This document shows positions 60,501 through 64,000 of a stretch of 64,000 nt of DNA, piece after piece. The notes beneath the pieces are model-generated. The model saw nothing but the letters and a program-made list of their open reading frames with translations, made no database searches and was not told the origin of the DNA. Within the stretch, counting starts at the first letter, position 1. Each line of letters opens with the position of its first letter. The stretch is from Lama guanicoe (lineage: Eukaryota), in the NCBI GenBank assembly GCA_013239625.1, contig MU054204.1, positions 681,537 to 745,536 of the forward strand. Reading direction: 5' to 3'. Made by a program: the position numbers and the translations under genes.

Positions 60501-63500
60501 TACAGTTATACAGAGTCAGAGGCACTGATGTACCCACATGTGACACACATAAACATCCATATATACATTTAAGCACACCACGCATAACCTCACACTCAGG
60601 TTCACACATACAAGCCCTGATCAAAACACAGAGACCATACAGACTCAGGTACAGGCATACACACTTCTAAATATACCTCATGTTTATACACACACATACA
60701 AACTTAAACAAAGTGACACATATTCACTAACACACATGTTTGTATACATTGATACACACATTGGCACAAATACAATGACATCCCCACTCATGTACTCACA
60801 GACATACTCAAACACCAGGTGTGTGCAACACTGACACACATTGTCAATCATTGGCATAGTACATAAACACAACAAAAAATGATACCCACTATAGTGACAT
60901 ACACAGTCATTGTACAACTGCCTATTTATACATATTCATATTTTAAATATACATACTCATTAATATACATGATACATTATATATAAATCTATTAATGAGT
61001 ATGTAAATACATGACTATATGCTTCAGCATATCTAAATACATTTATAGCTGTGTGATACACGCTATTGAATTTATATTTATAAACATATATGCAGATCAC
61101 TCTAATATTTACATATTCAGAGACACACTGATATACACATGTTTTTACATTCACACACGTGTACAAAATGTACATACTCACGTGCATATGCTGGCCTATA
61201 TAGTAGACATATATATGCAATGAGTATTGATGTTAACACATTATTACACAAGCTTACACACAGTCACATCACACATGGGCACTGACATAGGCATATGCAC
61301 ACACACACACAGACGGGCACATGTTCATACACTAACAATCCAGACTACCACGTTCACACTCATTAATCGCTATATTGACATGCATACACACACACAATAG
61401 ACACACTGACACATTTCTGACACATTTCTGACACATATTGAGATAAGCACACATACTCAGATGAAATTGGCAAACATGCTGATAGCACTTATGTTTAGTT
61501 AAGTGTACAAATGTATATATGCTTTTGTTGCTGCCACTGGTGCTCAAACATGCGTTAATGGATATAATTGTATGTTACGCGCCCATGCAAATTCTCAAGG
61601 CCAGATCCCTAATGTGTACACTTTAGAAGTTATCGCTTCTAAATAAAGAAGTAACCTACCCAAACTCATGGGTAGGTGTTCTTCTTTTTTTAGACCGAGG
61701 GATCTGTGTGCCTTTTCAAACAAGCTTCCTCTAATCCTGTAAGTGTTCTCAACTGGCTTCTCAATGACCTTCAAAAGTATGCCCTGGGTTTCCAACATGC
61801 ACTAAGTCCCTCAGCCTCCAGCTGTAAACATAAAGTAGGAGACATAGAGGGAGAAGGTCACAAAATATCCTCTGGGAACTGCTACAGCGTCTATGCTGAT
61901 CAACTGAACATGGATTATGTGGCCAATGGACCTCAGAGCCTACGTCTAGAAAAGACAGCATCTAAAAACACCAACAATAACCAGAGCCCTTCCAGCCCGC
62001 CAGCTAAATCTCCTAACAATCAGAGGTCAGTTATCTCCCCTGATGGAGAATGTTCTATGGACGACCTTTCCTACTATGTCAACCGACTGTCTTCTCTGGT
62101 GATCCAGATGGCCCGTAAGGAAATCAAGGAGAAGTTGGAAGGTAGAAGCAAGTATTTCCATCATTCAATCTACCCACACACTGGGGACAAAGGGAAAAGC
62201 AGCCCTCACAGTGCCGTGAGCAAGATTGCTTCCGAAATGGCCCACGATGCTGTGGAAGTAACCTCTGCAGAAATGCGAGGCACTAAGGAGGAGTGTAGGG
62301 ATGGCCGAAAAACCTTACTGTATAGTGAATTATCCAACAAGAACAGGGGTGGAGACAAACAAATGTGTCAGCGAGATAGCAAAGAATTTGCAGATTCCAT
62401 CAGCAAAGGACTTACAGTTTATGCAAATCAAGTGGCATCTGATATGATGGTCTCAGTTATGAAGACCTTGAAAGTTCATAGCTCTGGAAAGCCAATTCCA
62501 GCCTGTGTGGTCCTGAAGAGGGTGCTGTTAAGACACACCAAGGAAATTGTGTCTGATTTGATTGACTCCTGCATGAAGAACCTACATAACATCACTGGGG
62601 TACTGATGATGGACGCAGATTTTGTCTCTGCTGTCAAGAGGAATCTATTCAACCACGGGAAACAAAATGCTGCTGATATCATGGAGGCTATGCTGAAACG
62701 TCTGGTTAGTGCTCTTCTTGGTGAAAAAAAAGAGACTAAGTCACAGAGCTTAGCATATGCAGCCTTGAAAGCCGGCTCCCATGATCCCAAATGCAAGAAT
62801 CAAAGCCTCGAATTCTCCGCTATGAAGGCCGAAATGAAGGGGAAGGACAAAAGCAAAATAAAACCAGACGAGTGCAAGTCACTGACCAGTGCTGAGAAAG
62901 TGAGTGAACATATCCTCAAGGAAAGCCTGACCATGTGGAACCAAAAACAAGGAAATCAAGGCAAGGTGGCTAGCAAAGCATGCACCAGTAAGGACGAAAA
63001 AAGGGAGAAGATCAGCCCTTCCACAGATTCACTGGCAAAGGACTTGATCGTCTCTGCCCTTAAGCTGATCCAGTACCATCTGACCCAGCAGGCGAAGGGC
63101 AAAGATGCATTTGAAGATGAATGTCCTACCACAGGCTATATGACCCAGAGCACCCAGTATGGAAAGTGTGGAGGTAGCCAAAGTGCCAAGGCGCTCTCAA
63201 TGAAACATCTAGAATCTCAGGGTGCACCTGGGCCATCCACCTCTCTGAAGGAGAATCAACAGCTGGACTCCCAGAAGCTGGATATGTCCAACATTGTCCT
63301 CTCACTGATTCAAAAACTGCTCAATGAGAGCTCCTTCAACTGTGAGGATCCATGTGAAAGTGACACCAAAAGTTCTGAGCCCAGGGCCAACAAAGCTACT
63401 TCCATGTCCAAGAGGCTTGACAAAGGGGAAGACCAATGCCAGAACAATCAAGAACTTGACCTTATGAATGGGATGAAGCAGGTGAATCGACAGTTTATCG

Positions 63501-63823
63501 ATCAACTGGTAGAATCTGTGATGAAGCTGTGCCTTATCATGGCTAAGTACAGCAACAATGGGGAAGCCCTGGCTGAGCTGGAAGAACAAACTGCCTTGGC
63601 CAACAACTCCAACTTCCAGGCTGGTGGCCCCAGATGTAGTCACGATAGCGCTATGTCACAGAACTATCCAGATGCTCCTGGCCCTGAAGTCATCGTCAAT
63701 AATCAGTGCTCGACAAGCAGCTTGCAAAAGCAGCTCCAGGCTGTCCTGCAGTGGATTGCCGCCTCCCAATTCAACGTGCCCATGCTCTACTTCATGGGGG
63801 ACGATGATGGACAACTGGAGAAG
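57432..63823 (+). CDS. AKAP4: A-kinase anchor protein 4 (sperm fibrous-sheath protein), 3'-partial spliced CDS
   Basis: Exons 57432-57527, 58535-58585, 59117-59218 and 61694-63823, all phase 0, giving 793 aa in the window. The final exon is outside the window. Confidence 0.97.
58535..58585 (+). CDS. AKAP4: AKAP4 exon 3 ICFVDVSTLTVEDKDSK
   Basis: 51 nt; gcag acceptor, gtgggt donor. Confidence 0.95.
59117..59218 (+). CDS. AKAP4: AKAP4 exon 4 DATGSSSEDELNLEHLEEKEIIVIKDTEKQDQSK
   Basis: 102 nt; catag acceptor, gtacat donor. Not in the ORF track. Confidence 0.95.
60245..61455. repeat. About 1.2-kb degenerate CA/TA-rich tract in AKAP4 intron 4
   Basis: Dense CACA/CATA/TACA content; source of spurious C/V/Y- and H/T-rich ORFs. 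Confidence 0.88.
61694..63823 (+). CDS. AKAP4: AKAP4 exon 5 (2130 nt) with pro-domain cleavage region and PKA-R-binding helices
   Basis: tttttag|ACC acceptor and AAG|gtaagc donor. Encodes KNTNNNQSP, YVNRLSSLVIQMA, YANQVASDMM and QLQAVLQWIAASQ. Confidence 0.97.
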
Positions 63824-64000
63824 GTAAGCAATGCAATAAGGAACAAGATGAGAGGGTTGGAATGGGGAGGAGTCAGGGAGCCCGAGAGCAGCCCATTTTT
63901 TAAGTCTATACTTTATCCTATGACTTGTGAATGACTCCTACCTCATAAAGACACCAAAGTGATGAACCATGAACTAAGTGGGACTCTGGACACCTCAAAG

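Noticed and set aside
60406..61547. C/V/Y- and H/T-rich short ORFs
   Set aside because: Translations of the CA/TG low-complexity tract.
63824..63934. AKAP4 C-terminus VSNAIRNK…MTCE from the ORF track
   Set aside because: Read-through into the intron past the AAG|gtaagc donor; the real last exon is outside the window.

Overview
Mammalian X-linked germline locus, most likely from a camelid: the recurring tRNA-derived SINE matches the Camelidae Vic-1 family. The window holds two genes head to head. CCNB3 (cyclin B3, minus strand) is complete: 11 coding exons from 39287 to 6745 that I spliced by hand into an intact 5070-nt CDS (1689 aa). AKAP4 (plus strand) shows two alternative non-coding first exons and coding exons 2-5; its last exon lies beyond the window. 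The rest is L1, ERV/MaLR solo LTRs, SINEs, low-complexity tracts and one 130-N gap. I found no convincing new gene or novel multi-gene system. The best leads are: a recent in-frame 321/324-bp tandem expansion in the giant CCNB3 exon; loss of the AKAP4 exon-1a start codon plus a strong-context micro-uORF; a second CpG-rich promoter with a 14-bp CpG minisatellite between the genes; candidate uORFs in the CCNB3 leader; and a nested cluster of five LTRs inside one L1. All comparisons with human or mouse sequences are from memory and need checking by alignment.
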